A DNA stretch of 64,000 nucleotides from an uncultured virus (IMG/VR IMGVR_UViG_3300020472_000022) (Duplodnaviria > Heunggongvirae > Uroviricota > Caudoviricetes). Below the pieces are notes generated by a model. It was not told where the DNA came from. It was given only the letters and a program-made list of their open reading frames with translations, and searched no databases. Below are positions 1-9,881 of the stretch, piece by piece (position 1 is the stretch's first letter; every line of letters starts with the position of its first letter). The stretch is taken from the IMG/VR virus record IMGVR_UViG_3300020472_000022, one strand, 5' to 3'. A program made the position numbers and the translations under genes.

Positions 1-43
1 CGCATTAACATTTTTGTTAAGTCTTCAAAATCTTTTAGGTTAC

Positions 44-439
44 TCATTTATTTTTTCCAAATGATGTTACTGCCCATCTAATGCCCATTGAAGCACCAAT
101 AGCTCCTAAGAAAGCATAGGTGTACCAATCAGGAGCGTGTTGCTGAAGATGTTGCCATCCAATGGCAACATATTCTTGTGTTTGAGGTAAAAAAGAACCA
201 ATGAAAGGTAATAAAATAACAATTAAAGCAACTTCATCTTTCCAAGAATATTGAGTTTGTCTTAAAGCTTCTAAGTCGTAGTCTGCTTCTATGTTTTGTT
301 CATTTTCTAAACGCCTTATTTGAGCATCTACTTTAGCTTTTTGTAAATCTGATGTAAGTTTATTTTTTTGTGCTTTATTTTCTAAATATTGTTTACCAAC
401 ACTTGAAACCGCATTAACAACACTTCCAAATATGTTCAT
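44..439 (-). CDS. Holin-like membrane protein (3TM holin type)
   Basis: N-terminal coiled coil, SWKDE motif followed by hydrophobic helices, basic C-terminus. Confidence 0.55.
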   Translation of the reverse strand: MNIFGSVVNAVSSVGKQYLENKAQKNKLTSDLQKAKVDAQIRRLENEQNIEADYDLEALRQTQYSWKDEVALIVILLPFIGSFLPQTQEYVAIGWQHLQQHAPDWYTYAFLGAIGASMGIRWAVTSFGKNK

Positions 440-597
440 CTACCAGTTATTCCCTTAATTGTTTCTGTCTCCCAAATACGAATACCAGTCCAAAGAATTG
501 TAAATAAAGCGGCTAATGGTGGGAGTACTCCCAATAACGCTCCAAATGCTGTTGAGACACTAATAATGTCTAAAGCAATTTCTGTTTCATTTTCCAT
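436..597 (-). CDS. Small membrane protein, 53 aa (below ORF-track cutoff)
   Basis: MENETEIALDIISVSTAFGALLGVLPPLAALFTILWTGIRIWETETIKGITGR; close homologue at 50194-50367. Confidence 0.75.
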   Translation of the reverse strand: MENETEIALDIISVSTAFGALLGVLPPLAALFTILWTGIRIWETETIKGITGR

Positions 598-599
598 TT

Positions 600-830
600 T
601 TATTTGACTACCTCTATTTTAGATTTTGCATCAGTATTGACTGATGCAATAAGTTGATCGGTAAATAAGTTATATGCAGCCTGTCTTTGATCTGATTGCA
701 TTTTTAATGTATTAAGCTGTACTTCTAAATCTCTTACTTGAGCGAGTAAATATTTTTGTTCATCGTTAAACTCAGATTCTTTATACTCAGTTCCGTTAAT
801 ACTAACTATGTTTTCTTGATTTTTATCCAT
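600..830 (-). CDS. Hypothetical phage protein (coiled-coil, tail-associated type)
   Basis: 76-aa ORF with AGGAGG RBS. Confidence 0.7.
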   Translation of the reverse strand: MDKNQENIVSINGTEYKESEFNDEQKYLLAQVRDLEVQLNTLKMQSDQRQAAYNLFTDQLIASVNTDAKSKIEVVK

Positions 831-866
831 TGGTTTCCTCCTATTATAGTTTTAAGTTATCTGCCT

Positions 867-1112
867 TTATGGGGTATAAGCTTTTGCTTTGGTAATAGCT
901 GCATTAATTGCAGTAAAATCTTCGCTTCCCCAATCATCTAATCCAACACCATATTCTAAATAACCACAAGTTCGTAAAACGCGGGCTTGTTTTTCAGCGT
1001 TGGTCATATCTTTACAAAAGTCATTGCTGTCGTCTAGACAGTTATCAATAACAGTAATCATACCTACCATAGCATTATACATTTGTGCTTTTTCATCTGA
1101 TGTTCTTGCCAT
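867..1112 (-). CDS. Hypothetical protein downstream of tail fibre (copy 1)
   Basis: 81 aa, AAGGAG RBS; two substitutions relative to copy 2. Confidence 0.8.
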   Translation of the reverse strand: MARTSDEKAQMYNAMVGMITVIDNCLDDSNDFCKDMTNAEKQARVLRTCGYLEYGVGLDDWGSEDFTAINAAITKAKAYTP

Positions 1113-1124
1113 TTATTTTACTCC

Positions 1125-1584
1125 TTACATTTACATTTATTGTTTTTTTCTTTTAAATATTTTCCAATCTTTAGAACGCCTTCCATTTTTAATAAGAGTT
1201 CCTTTTTGTTCTAGTTCTCCATTCTCATAGAAAATTTCACATAGTCCATTAGGAATACCATCTTTATGCATAGTTTTTCGTTGTATGTTTCCGTTTTCCC
1301 AATACCAAGTTGCTAATCCAATTCTATATCCTGCTCTATTATTTGGTAAATTTCCTTGTACAACTCTATTAGAAGGTCTATTTTTTGGATCACCAGTTTC
1401 ATACTCTTCTGGAAAAATTTTAGTTCCTATTGGTTTATTAATAAATTCTTTTGGCATCTCTACATAGTAACCAGTAAATTTTAATGTTTTATTATCTTCT
1501 TGGAATCTTTCAATAAACACTACTTCTTCCGATATTTTTGTTAATATAATTTTAATTATTTTTTACATTTACATTTATTGTTTT
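1125..1584. repeat. 22-bp direct repeats flanking the MORN gene (1125-1146 and 1563-1584)
   Basis: ttacatttacatttattgtttt at both positions; same arrangement in copy 2. Confidence 0.9.
1137..1520 (-). CDS. MORN-repeat (YwqK-like) protein (copy 1)
   Basis: GLATWYWENGN / GLCEIFYENGEL MORN-variant repeats; GTG start without a clear SD. Confidence 0.65.
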   Translation of the reverse strand: MFIERFQEDNKTLKFTGYYVEMPKEFINKPIGTKIFPEEYETGDPKNRPSNRVVQGNLPNNRAGYRIGLATWYWENGNIQRKTMHKDGIPNGLCEIFYENGELEQKGTLIKNGRRSKDWKIFKRKKQ

Positions 1585-4500
1585 CTAACTCTTCAACTTT
1601 AGCAGACAGTTCTTGGACTGACTTAACTAACATAGGTACAAATTTACTATAGATTAAACCATACTGATTACCATCATTACTAAGGGTAGTTGTAAGGTTT
1701 GTTTTATCAGCTATATTATAACCATACTCAGATTCTAATTTTTCTACATCTTGAGCTAAGAACCCAGTATCTAACCAATCTTCTTTGTGAGTACCATCAG
1801 TAATTAAGTCTTTAAAGTCTTTGCCTTGTTCAACATATTTACTTCTTTTGTCCCATCTATAAGTAACAGGTTCTAACTTATTAACAAAGTCTAAACCCAT
1901 TTCCATTGGTGTTACATCTGTTTTATCACGCTTATCAGAAGCTATTGACCAAGCTACTTGAACATTTGCACTAGTAATAGAGGCATGACCAAGACATATA
2001 TGATTACTGTCTGTTGTTATATTTCCACCCGGATTTCCTGTTCTACCTGCATCAGTACCTAAAAATATATTATTAGCACCGCTTGACACCGCAAAACCTG
2101 ATCCTTGACCCAATGCAACATTATAATTACCTGTAATTGTACCTCCACCCATAGCATCAGTTCCGATTGCTGTGCTACCATTACCTGTGGTTTGAGCATC
2201 AGCAGCTCTAGCACCAATCATAGTATTTGATACGCCTGTGCTTAAAATTTTTCCTGCTTCATAACCCAAAGCCGTATTATAATTAGAAGTTGCTGAATCA
2301 AAGTCTTGTGTTTGTAAAGCTCCATAACCTACAGCAGTTGCACCACTTCCTAACTGATCTCCTGTTAAAGCATTTGCTCCTACAGCAACATTATAATCAG
2401 CATCTTCTAGAGCATCACCTGCTGAATGACCTATAAAAGTATTATAAACTCCTACAGTCATACCATATCCTGCATTAGCACCTACTGCTGTATTTCGTGT
2501 AGTTGTAACTGATGTAAAGTTTTGTACTCCTAAAGCTGCATATCCTATAGCAGTACTCTGATCTCCTTTAGTGTCTGATCCTAAAGATGAAACACCTATA
2601 GCAGTATTAAAATCAGCATCCGAAAGAGCATCACCTGCAAATGCACCCATAATTGTATTGTTAGTTCCTGTACTTATTGTAGTACCAGCATTATATCCAA
2701 CGGCTGTATTATCATTATTAGCATCATTATTTTGTGTGCTTAGTGTCCCATAACCAACAGCCGTTGATCTACTACCTGTATCTTCTGCGTCTAAAGCTGC
2801 ATAACCTATGGCTACATTGTTATCTCCAGTCGTTAAAGCCGTACCAGCTTCATCACCAATAACAGTATTATAATTACCGCCAGAGGCTATGCTATTACCT
2901 GCATTTACACCTGCTCTAAAGTTACTTGTTCCTGCTGAAGTAGTTATTATATCTGAGGCGACTGATAATTTACCAGCAACAGAAGTTACAGAAGAAGTAC
3001 CAGAAGCAATAGTTACATCTATTTCGTCTTCAGCATCACCATCAACAAGTGCAAGACCATTTTGTAGTTCTCCATCGTGGGTTGCAACTTGTATTGCATA
3101 CTTTCCACCTTCTGCTCCATCCGAAGCATCCGAAACCTCTGCAATTACCTTAACATATTCAATTAATTCTTGAGCATCATTATCTCCCTGATAAGTTATA
3201 GAACCAAGATCATCTCCATCAGCTCCGGCAGCACCTTTGTCTTTTAGAAAATAAAGTCTTGCTCCAACTGCATCATTGGTTGTATTTAGGATTTTAATAA
3301 AGGGGTCTTGAGAATTTGCAGACTGGAAAGTAACAGTATCACTAGTTGCTGTAAGATCACCTACAATATTTGTAACATCAAGGTTGGTTGTTCCATCAAC
3401 ATCTAAATCACCATTAAAGTCTGCATTACCAGCTAGTGTTAGTGTCGTTGCCATATCAACAGCACCATCAATGTCTACTACATCTAAGTTAGTAGTTCCA
3501 TCTATATCTGCATTGCCTGATATATCTAAAGTTGTAGCATCTAACTCACCTGCTACTGTTAAAACACCATCAGCAAGAGTCATTAAATCTGTATCAGAAG
3601 TATGACCTATTGTTGTACCATTAACAATTACATTATCAACTGTAAGTGTTGTAAGAGTTCCTAAACTTGTAATGTTTGATTGGGCTGCACCTGTTACTGT
3701 AGCTGCTGTACCCGAAGCATTTCCTGTTACATTACCTGTTAATGCTCCTGCAAAAGCTGTAGCAGTTAGTGTTCCTGAACTTGGATTATAAGTTAAGTTA
3801 CCATCTGACTCTAAACCTAAGTTACCACCATCTACATCTCCACCTGCTGTAAATATAACAGCATTTTCTTCGTTTGTACTTTCATTGTCTGTTATAGTAA
3901 CTGTAGTTGCAATAGCAGCAGTACCTGTAGTATCTTGGTTTAATGTTCCAACTGTAAAGTCTAATGTATTATCTGCATCTTGGTAAGCTACTGTAATACC
4001 TGATTCAGTATTAGAACCTACCATAGCACCTACAGTATCAGCAATAGTTTCAGCTAAAGTTGTTCCATTGATAGTTAGTGCATCAGTTTCTAAAGTACCA
4101 TCTACATCTACATCTCCTGAGATATCTAAGTTTGTAAATACAGAAGTTCCAACAGCAGTAATCATGTCATTAAATGTTGCAGCACCTGCAGCAGACATAT
4201 CAAGTGTTAAAGCTGTTATTGCAGAACCACCATCATCACCTTTAAATATAATATCTTTATCTTGAACACTAGATGTTATAACTGCATCACTAGAACTATT
4301 ACTAATATCTAAAATAGATGTTCCACCTGATTTAAAGGTTACATTATTTCCAGCAGCATCAAGTATAATATCAGCCGCTGCATCTACAGTTAAATTATTT
4401 GCAGAAATAGTTAAATCAGTTCCGTCACCTTCTATTTTCTCTGAAGCTCCTCCAAATTGAATACCTACATTATTAGGTATAACAACATCAGCGGTAGCTG

Positions 4501-5641
4501 TTAGATTTATATTATTACCACTAATTGTAAGGTCTGTTCCGTCTCCTTCTATCTTCTCACCATCGTTACCAAAAGTAACACCGATGTCAGCAGGAATATT
4601 AATATCACCACCAGAACCAACACTAATTGAAATGTCTGTACCATCTGATTCTATCTTCTCATTTCCTGAACCATCAAGTACTAATCCTGTATTAGCTGCT
4701 AAAACAACATCAGCAGTTGCAGTAAGTTTAATATTATTACCTGTAATAGTTAGATCAGTTCCATCACCTTCTATCTTTTCGCCATCATCACCAAATGTTA
4801 ATCCTATACTAGCAGGTATGTTTATATCAGCTCCTGATACAATATGTAAATCTGTACCATCACCATAGATATACTCACCACCTTTATCAAAGAAGTATAG
4901 TCTTCTATCATCAGCTATACGAACAACTTCATTACCATCATATTGTTGAAATACTAAATCATCAGTATCTACACCAAGCTTAACAATCTGTACGCCTGAA
5001 GTACCATCCATATCTAAAGATAATTGAAGTGTTCCAGCATCTTTAAATTCTATATTACCACCTTCAGCATCTATTACAATATCATTACTAGAATCTAAAG
5101 TTATATCTGTGCCATCATTTGTTATTGAGTCTAGAGCAATACTTCCTACATTAGTTATGTTAGCATCACCAAAACTTGTATTACCTGCAACAGTTAATGT
5201 ACCGGAGACATCTACATTACCATTGATATCAACAGTTGTGGCTGCTATTTGTATTTCTGTATCAGCTACTAAATCTAATTGACCATCAGCACTAGAATTA
5301 ATATAAATAGCTGTATCTCTAAACTGTACTTTTTCTGTTGTTGTAAGTAATAAGTCATCTGAAAATTGAAAGTAATCTTCATCTTCCATCCATGTTAATA
5401 CACCATCAGCAGTATTAGCATTAAAAGTTACAACAATATCTGTATCTGCATTTGTACCAAAACTAATAGCATTACTAAAAAGAGTAGATAAAGGACCGCC
5501 ATCACCTGTGGTTGAACCATCATGTGTATGTCCTGTACTTACATGGAATGCTGCTAATAATTGGTTAAATTCATTATTAAATAAAGCTGCTGTTATTGTA
5601 TCGCCATCTGCGAATGAGCTTTGTCGTGTATATACTGCCAT
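1556..5641 (-). CDS. Tail fibre / receptor-binding protein with C-terminal peptidase S74 chaperone (phage A)
   Basis: N-terminal anchor MAVYTRQSSFADGD, EKIEGDGTDLTI repeats, many NTAVG-type beta-roll repeats, SDKRDK chaperone cleavage motif followed by a coiled coil. Confidence 0.85.
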   Translation of the reverse strand: MAVYTRQSSFADGDTITAALFNNEFNQLLAAFHVSTGHTHDGSTTGDGGPLSTLFSNAISFGTNADTDIVVTFNANTADGVLTWMEDEDYFQFSDDLLLTTTEKVQFRDTAIYINSSADGQLDLVADTEIQIAATTVDINGNVDVSGTLTVAGNTSFGDANITNVGSIALDSITNDGTDITLDSSNDIVIDAEGGNIEFKDAGTLQLSLDMDGTSGVQIVKLGVDTDDLVFQQYDGNEVVRIADDRRLYFFDKGGEYIYGDGTDLHIVSGADINIPASIGLTFGDDGEKIEGDGTDLTITGNNIKLTATADVVLAANTGLVLDGSGNEKIESDGTDISISVGSGGDINIPADIGVTFGNDGEKIEGDGTDLTISGNNINLTATADVVIPNNVGIQFGGASEKIEGDGTDLTISANNLTVDAAADIILDAAGNNVTFKSGGTSILDISNSSSDAVITSSVQDKDIIFKGDDGGSAITALTLDMSAAGAATFNDMITAVGTSVFTNLDISGDVDVDGTLETDALTINGTTLAETIADTVGAMVGSNTESGITVAYQDADNTLDFTVGTLNQDTTGTAAIATTVTITDNESTNEENAVIFTAGGDVDGGNLGLESDGNLTYNPSSGTLTATAFAGALTGNVTGNASGTAATVTGAAQSNITSLGTLTTLTVDNVIVNGTTIGHTSDTDLMTLADGVLTVAGELDATTLDISGNADIDGTTNLDVVDIDGAVDMATTLTLAGNADFNGDLDVDGTTNLDVTNIVGDLTATSDTVTFQSANSQDPFIKILNTTNDAVGARLYFLKDKGAAGADGDDLGSITYQGDNDAQELIEYVKVIAEVSDASDGAEGGKYAIQVATHDGELQNGLALVDGDAEDEIDVTIASGTSSVTSVAGKLSVASDIITTSAGTSNFRAGVNAGNSIASGGNYNTVIGDEAGTALTTGDNNVAIGYAALDAEDTGSRSTAVGYGTLSTQNNDANNDNTAVGYNAGTTISTGTNNTIMGAFAGDALSDADFNTAIGVSSLGSDTKGDQSTAIGYAALGVQNFTSVTTTRNTAVGANAGYGMTVGVYNTFIGHSAGDALEDADYNVAVGANALTGDQLGSGATAVGYGALQTQDFDSATSNYNTALGYEAGKILSTGVSNTMIGARAADAQTTGNGSTAIGTDAMGGGTITGNYNVALGQGSGFAVSSGANNIFLGTDAGRTGNPGGNITTDSNHICLGHASITSANVQVAWSIASDKRDKTDVTPMEMGLDFVNKLEPVTYRWDKRSKYVEQGKDFKDLITDGTHKEDWLDTGFLAQDVEKLESEYGYNIADKTNLTTTLSNDGNQYGLIYSKFVPMLVKSVQELSAKVEELENNKCKCKK

Positions 5642-7257
5642 TATCCTTGTCTCCCTGAAGGTCTGTAACTGACATAGAGTCCGTTTATTGTATAAGGGGC
5701 TTTCCTGTCGTCACTAAATATCTTAAACAAATTACTAAACCCGCTTCCTGTTAATGTTGTTCTAACTAATGGTTGCTCTTGCGCACCAAAAATACTTGTT
5801 CCAAATAATGCATCAGAGTTTCCGAATATAGAGGGTTTTGATGCTACAATACTTGAGTCTGTTGGTTGTGTTCTATCTGTACTATCATAGTCAAATCTAG
5901 TTCTTACTGAAGGCTCACATGCACCTTCTGGAAATAAAGAAATCTTTACATATTCTAAAGTTTTTAAAGTTCCAAAATCTCCATAATCAAAATCAGGAGA
6001 TTCATATATGGCTGATATATTTGTAGCAGTACCAGCAGGATTAAAATCACTTCCTGTATCATGGTTATAAACATACCCTTCTCTATCACCATGAAATGTA
6101 TCTTCTAGTCCATTATAAAGAAATCCAGAGGTAACAGCAGGAGCTTGTATTCCTTCTATTTGTGACCACTCAAAACCTCTTGAAGTAAGTGTTCCTATAA
6201 TTCCTTCTGAAGCTCCAGTTGCAGTTCCATCTTGACTATAATAACATCTATATTGAGATTTCTTTCTTAGTACTACACTACTAAATTCAAGATTATTTAA
6301 CGATCCCATTATGGTATCTATAACAGGCTGTATCTTTTTACTGATAACTCCTAATTCTATATCACCAATTCTTGCAGTACCGGCAACAGTTCTAAATCCA
6401 TCCGGTGCTAAAAATATTAGATCACCACCAAATTCTTGAATTGTCTTACCATCTACACAGCCTACATTTTTTGTAACAGGTACTACTGCTATATTACTAG
6501 CGTCATTTATGTTTTGTAACTTATAAATTGAGTTTTTACAAAATATAAATAACTCATTACGAAATGATTTAAGACCAACTACTTGGTCATCTAGTACAAT
6601 GCTACCTGAACCTGAAGATGTAAAGTCATCTATGTCACTTGTACCACTATAAAATATAGTATTTAAAGCTGTAGCAGCTCCAGCAACTACTAAGTGCTTA
6701 TCATGTATAACACAAAATTTAGGGTAATGTGTTCCACTAACTGTTATCTCTTTTGCAAAATAAGTTCTGCCAGTTAATACTCCAGTACCTGTCATTTTAA
6801 AATAGAAAGGTTTAGCTCCAGAGCCTTCATCAGTAACAATTAGTTCTCCATAAATACTATCACCTTCAAAGACTGCAAAGTGTGCTTTACTTTGAGAAGT
6901 TCTAGCTGCAGCACTTCTTCCAGTAAAAGTACTATAGTTATCTCCACTTCCAGATACACTTGCTCTATTTATTTGTAACCAACTATCTCCATCTAGGCTA
7001 AAATAAATATTAGTTCCTGAACAAGCTACAACACCATCTGCATAAATTTTTAAGCCTTCTATGTCATTAGAGCTATTAGGTCTTGTACCATCTCCAAATT
7101 GACTATAGCCATTAATTCGTCTATAGCCTCCTTGTGTAGAGACTTCAAAGTTTACTAATTTTGTAGCAGAACCGGGAGTTTTTAAAAGTTCTAAAGTAGT
7201 AGAAGCTTTATCTAATCCACCCTGTAATGATACAGAATAGGGTTGTGCTGCTGCCAT
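5641..7257 (-). CDS. Tail tubular/nozzle protein (gp12-like)
   Basis: Beta-rich 538 aa between adaptor and tail fibre genes. Confidence 0.6.
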   Translation of the reverse strand: MAAAQPYSVSLQGGLDKASTTLELLKTPGSATKLVNFEVSTQGGYRRINGYSQFGDGTRPNSSNDIEGLKIYADGVVACSGTNIYFSLDGDSWLQINRASVSGSGDNYSTFTGRSAAARTSQSKAHFAVFEGDSIYGELIVTDEGSGAKPFYFKMTGTGVLTGRTYFAKEITVSGTHYPKFCVIHDKHLVVAGAATALNTIFYSGTSDIDDFTSSGSGSIVLDDQVVGLKSFRNELFIFCKNSIYKLQNINDASNIAVVPVTKNVGCVDGKTIQEFGGDLIFLAPDGFRTVAGTARIGDIELGVISKKIQPVIDTIMGSLNNLEFSSVVLRKKSQYRCYYSQDGTATGASEGIIGTLTSRGFEWSQIEGIQAPAVTSGFLYNGLEDTFHGDREGYVYNHDTGSDFNPAGTATNISAIYESPDFDYGDFGTLKTLEYVKISLFPEGACEPSVRTRFDYDSTDRTQPTDSSIVASKPSIFGNSDALFGTSIFGAQEQPLVRTTLTGSGFSNLFKIFSDDRKAPYTINGLYVSYRPSGRQG

Positions 7258-8024
7258 TAGAAGTATGTCCTATCATCTGTCATTCTTACTGGATCTGGAT
7301 TAACAAGATTATTTTTCATATGCCTCATACCTTTTTTATAATCATCCATAGCAAAAGCTGCTTGTTGTAATTGTTCTTTAAATTGATGTACATAGTATCT
7401 TGTCTTTGCAGTTATTACTGGACCATATTGATCAGGTAGTACCATTGCATCACTATGAGAAGAAAGAGCTGTTGGTGTTGAATAAGCATAAAAATGAACA
7501 TTATATACTTTATCAGGTATAGGACTTAAACCAAACTTTCTATGATCAGGACTACGAAGAACATATCTAGGTTCTCCATATGCTTGTGTATCTGCATCAT
7601 CTGCATTCTCAGAATCTCTAAGGTGTCTTCTCCAATCTGTTAATCCTAAATAATGTAAGCTTCTAGATACAAAAGGAGCTGACTCACCTGACACATTTAT
7701 AGTTGTCAGATAAAAATCATCCCAATCTATAGAGGAATAATCTGTAGTTATACTAGAACTACCAGATTTTAAAGTATACCATCTTTGTCCTGCTACACTA
7801 GCTACAGTTACATTTCCATAAAAAGGATCTGTACCTCCACTAGCTGCTGCAGCAAAGAAAGGTAATTGAGGTTCTTCGTTAGCTATATCAAATAAGGATC
7901 TATTAATAGCTTCTTTTACAAATGCTTGAATACCTATCGCACCTGCAAAAGTTCCAGATGTTAATTGTATTTCATTTATTTCTCTTAAAACTTCATTAGT
8001 AAGATTTAAGTATGTCGTAGCCAT
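7257..8024 (-). CDS. Head-tail adaptor / tail tubular protein A-like
   Basis: MATTYLNLTNEVLRE N-terminus, FGLSPIPDKVY motif, synteny. Confidence 0.65.
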   Translation of the reverse strand: MATTYLNLTNEVLREINEIQLTSGTFAGAIGIQAFVKEAINRSLFDIANEEPQLPFFAAAASGGTDPFYGNVTVASVAGQRWYTLKSGSSSITTDYSSIDWDDFYLTTINVSGESAPFVSRSLHYLGLTDWRRHLRDSENADDADTQAYGEPRYVLRSPDHRKFGLSPIPDKVYNVHFYAYSTPTALSSHSDAMVLPDQYGPVITAKTRYYVHQFKEQLQQAAFAMDDYKKGMRHMKNNLVNPDPVRMTDDRTYF

Positions 8025-8191
8025 TACTTATCTCCTTTTTGCTTTTTAAATATCCTGTCATAGTTTTTTTCATAGTTCTCTTTACTAGAACCAGAATACC
8101 TTCTACCTAATAACCCTAAGACTCTGGTGCTTTTATTTCCACCAGAGCCGTTTAGGATCACCGGGTTCTTATCACTACCTATCATTGGCAT
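8024..8191 (-). CDS. Small hypothetical protein, 55 aa
   Basis: MPMIGSDKNPVILNG...YEKNYDRIFKKQKGDK fills the gap and abuts the next start. Confidence 0.55.
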   Translation of the reverse strand: MPMIGSDKNPVILNGSGGNKSTRVLGLLGRRYSGSSKENYEKNYDRIFKKQKGDK

Positions 8192-8204
8192 AAGTTATAC
8201 ACCA

Positions 8205-8792
8205 TTAATCAGGTAAAGTTCCTAAATGTAGGAAGCAAACTAAGTAAGTTACAGTTGTAGCAGCAGTTGCTAAATCAGCTCCGATTGGAGTTAATCTTGC
8301 ATGTAAAGTTCTTGCTGAAGCAGTATACAAAGTAGCTGCAATAGCAATAGCTTCTGAAGTTGCTGGACCACCTACAACACCCGCTGTAGTTGATGTACCT
8401 ACAAATTGGTTAGCTGCATGACCATGTGAATTTTGTATAATATACAAAGGTGCATTAGCTGTCCAAGTTACTGCTGATCCTCCATCATCGAGAATAGCCT
8501 CAGTTGCAATAAGTTGAGTTCCACCTGCTGAAGTTCCAAGTGAAAAGTCTACATCATTACCACTTCCCCCTGCTGTAACAATGTTACCTGCTGGTATGGC
8601 TATAAGATCCCTAATAATAGTGTCGGCAGGTTGTGTAAAACTTACATCTGTATTAGTATCATCAGTTACTGCAATAGTTCCTGTTGTTACTGATGTCCAT
8701 GATTGGACAACATGATCTGCAAGTTCTTGTACATCTGCGGCTCTTGCTGAGTTTCTTCCTGTATCTCTAATCTTAAATACTGGATTCGCCAT
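8205..8792 (-). CDS. Probable virion (capsid decoration-type) protein
   Basis: Ala/Thr/Gly-rich beta protein immediately after MCP; AGGAG RBS. Confidence 0.5.
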   Translation of the reverse strand: MANPVFKIRDTGRNSARAADVQELADHVVQSWTSVTTGTIAVTDDTNTDVSFTQPADTIIRDLIAIPAGNIVTAGGSGNDVDFSLGTSAGGTQLIATEAILDDGGSAVTWTANAPLYIIQNSHGHAANQFVGTSTTAGVVGGPATSEAIAIAATLYTASARTLHARLTPIGADLATAATTVTYLVCFLHLGTLPD

Positions 8793-8814
8793 TATTTTTC
8801 TCCTAAGTTAATAA

Positions 8815-8845
8815 TAAAGAAAAGGGGAGCTAAGAATAACTCCCC
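8815..8845 (-). terminator. Intrinsic terminator after MCP
   Basis: GGGGAGTTA-TTCT-TAGCTCCCC hairpin followed by TTTTCTTT on the minus strand. Confidence 0.75.
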
Positions 8846-8860
8846 AAATCGTTTTAGTTT

Positions 8861-9850
8861 TTAGTCAATTCCGTAGAACGCACCTACTAAAGCTTCGTCT
8901 CTAAGTACTTTAGCTCCATATACATGAAGTCCTCGTACTATATCTCCGAAGGAATCAGGGTCGCGTAATACTTCAGTACTGGTAATAGTCTGAGCAGTTG
9001 CTGTAGAACTAATATGACCAGCTAAACATTTTCCGGCAGCATTTGATGTGTCGGCAATGTTATTAGTCTTGTACATACTAAATCCACGCAATTTTCCAGA
9101 AGATACTAAACCATTTCTGATTGAACCTTGACCTGCATTGTAGTCAACTGACAAAAGTTTTGATGAACTTGAAGCAAGAACTTCATAGAAATCAGGAGAT
9201 GCTAAAAACCATCTTCCTTCTTCTGGTACATTTTGCTCATCTAAAAGACGAGCCATATGTGACAGAACATCTATTGGGTCATGCTCACTAGCTCCAAAGC
9301 CAATGTCAAGATTACCTGTGCCATCAAATGTGCCAGCAGCTAAGTCTGTAGCGTTATCTGAACCTAGCACATGATTAGGGCTAGAAGCAGAAAGTCCTGC
9401 AAACATAACGGCTATTACGCCTGAGTCAAAGGCATCTCTCAATGCATAAGCTGCAGAAGAAGAAGCTACCTCTCTCCAATTAACATGAGACATATTTGCT
9501 TCTATGTCGTCAACGATAAATTTGAAAGCATTAGCTGTATCAACAACTAGGTTGATTTCTGCATCTGTTAGTTTAGTTGCCGTAGCATCAGCACCTCTTT
9601 CGTACTGATCTACAGATATGACAGGTTCTTTGATAATCTTTACTGAGTCTCCATAAGCTGTAATCTCACCAGCATAGTCGGTGTTTGTAATAGCTTCAGC
9701 TACCGAAGCCTTTCTAAAGAAGCTTAAAACCTTTTTAGAGTAGACTGCAGGTAGGAAGTAACTATTAGTTTGTGTGCTTACGGAGTTAGCAAAGTTAGCA
9801 TTAGTATCTGTACTTGGCTCAAAATATTGATCCGATGTATTGCTTGCCAT
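8861..9850 (-). CDS. Major capsid protein (phage A)
   Basis: YSKKVL...AITNTDYAGEI...GDSVKIIKEP and FGDIVRGLHVYG motifs typical of marine podovirus coat proteins; follows the scaffold gene. Confidence 0.85.
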   Translation of the reverse strand: MASNTSDQYFEPSTDTNANFANSVSTQTNSYFLPAVYSKKVLSFFRKASVAEAITNTDYAGEITAYGDSVKIIKEPVISVDQYERGADATATKLTDAEINLVVDTANAFKFIVDDIEANMSHVNWREVASSSAAYALRDAFDSGVIAVMFAGLSASSPNHVLGSDNATDLAAGTFDGTGNLDIGFGASEHDPIDVLSHMARLLDEQNVPEEGRWFLASPDFYEVLASSSSKLLSVDYNAGQGSIRNGLVSSGKLRGFSMYKTNNIADTSNAAGKCLAGHISSTATAQTITSTEVLRDPDSFGDIVRGLHVYGAKVLRDEALVGAFYGID

Positions 9851-9881
9851 TGTGTTATCCTCGTAAAATAAAAGTTAATAA

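Larger units (their letters stand above)
867..2955. repeat. Direct repeat copy 1 (~2.09 kb; core about 1012-2824 appears identical to copy 2)
   Basis: Matches 50425-52513 at offset 49,558; mismatches seen only near both ends. Confidence 0.95.

Noticed and set aside
1..47. Truncated ORF start MSNLKDFEDLTKMLM, possibly a phage B endolysin
   Set aside because: Only 15 codons lie in the window, too little to assign.
2571..4868. Plus-strand ORFs opposite the tail fibre, and similar shadow ORFs elsewhere (e.g. 10892, 23681, 27909, 47296, 53118, 57405)
   Set aside because: Antisense to well-supported genes, no recognisable RBS, and composition mirrors the opposite-strand codon bias.
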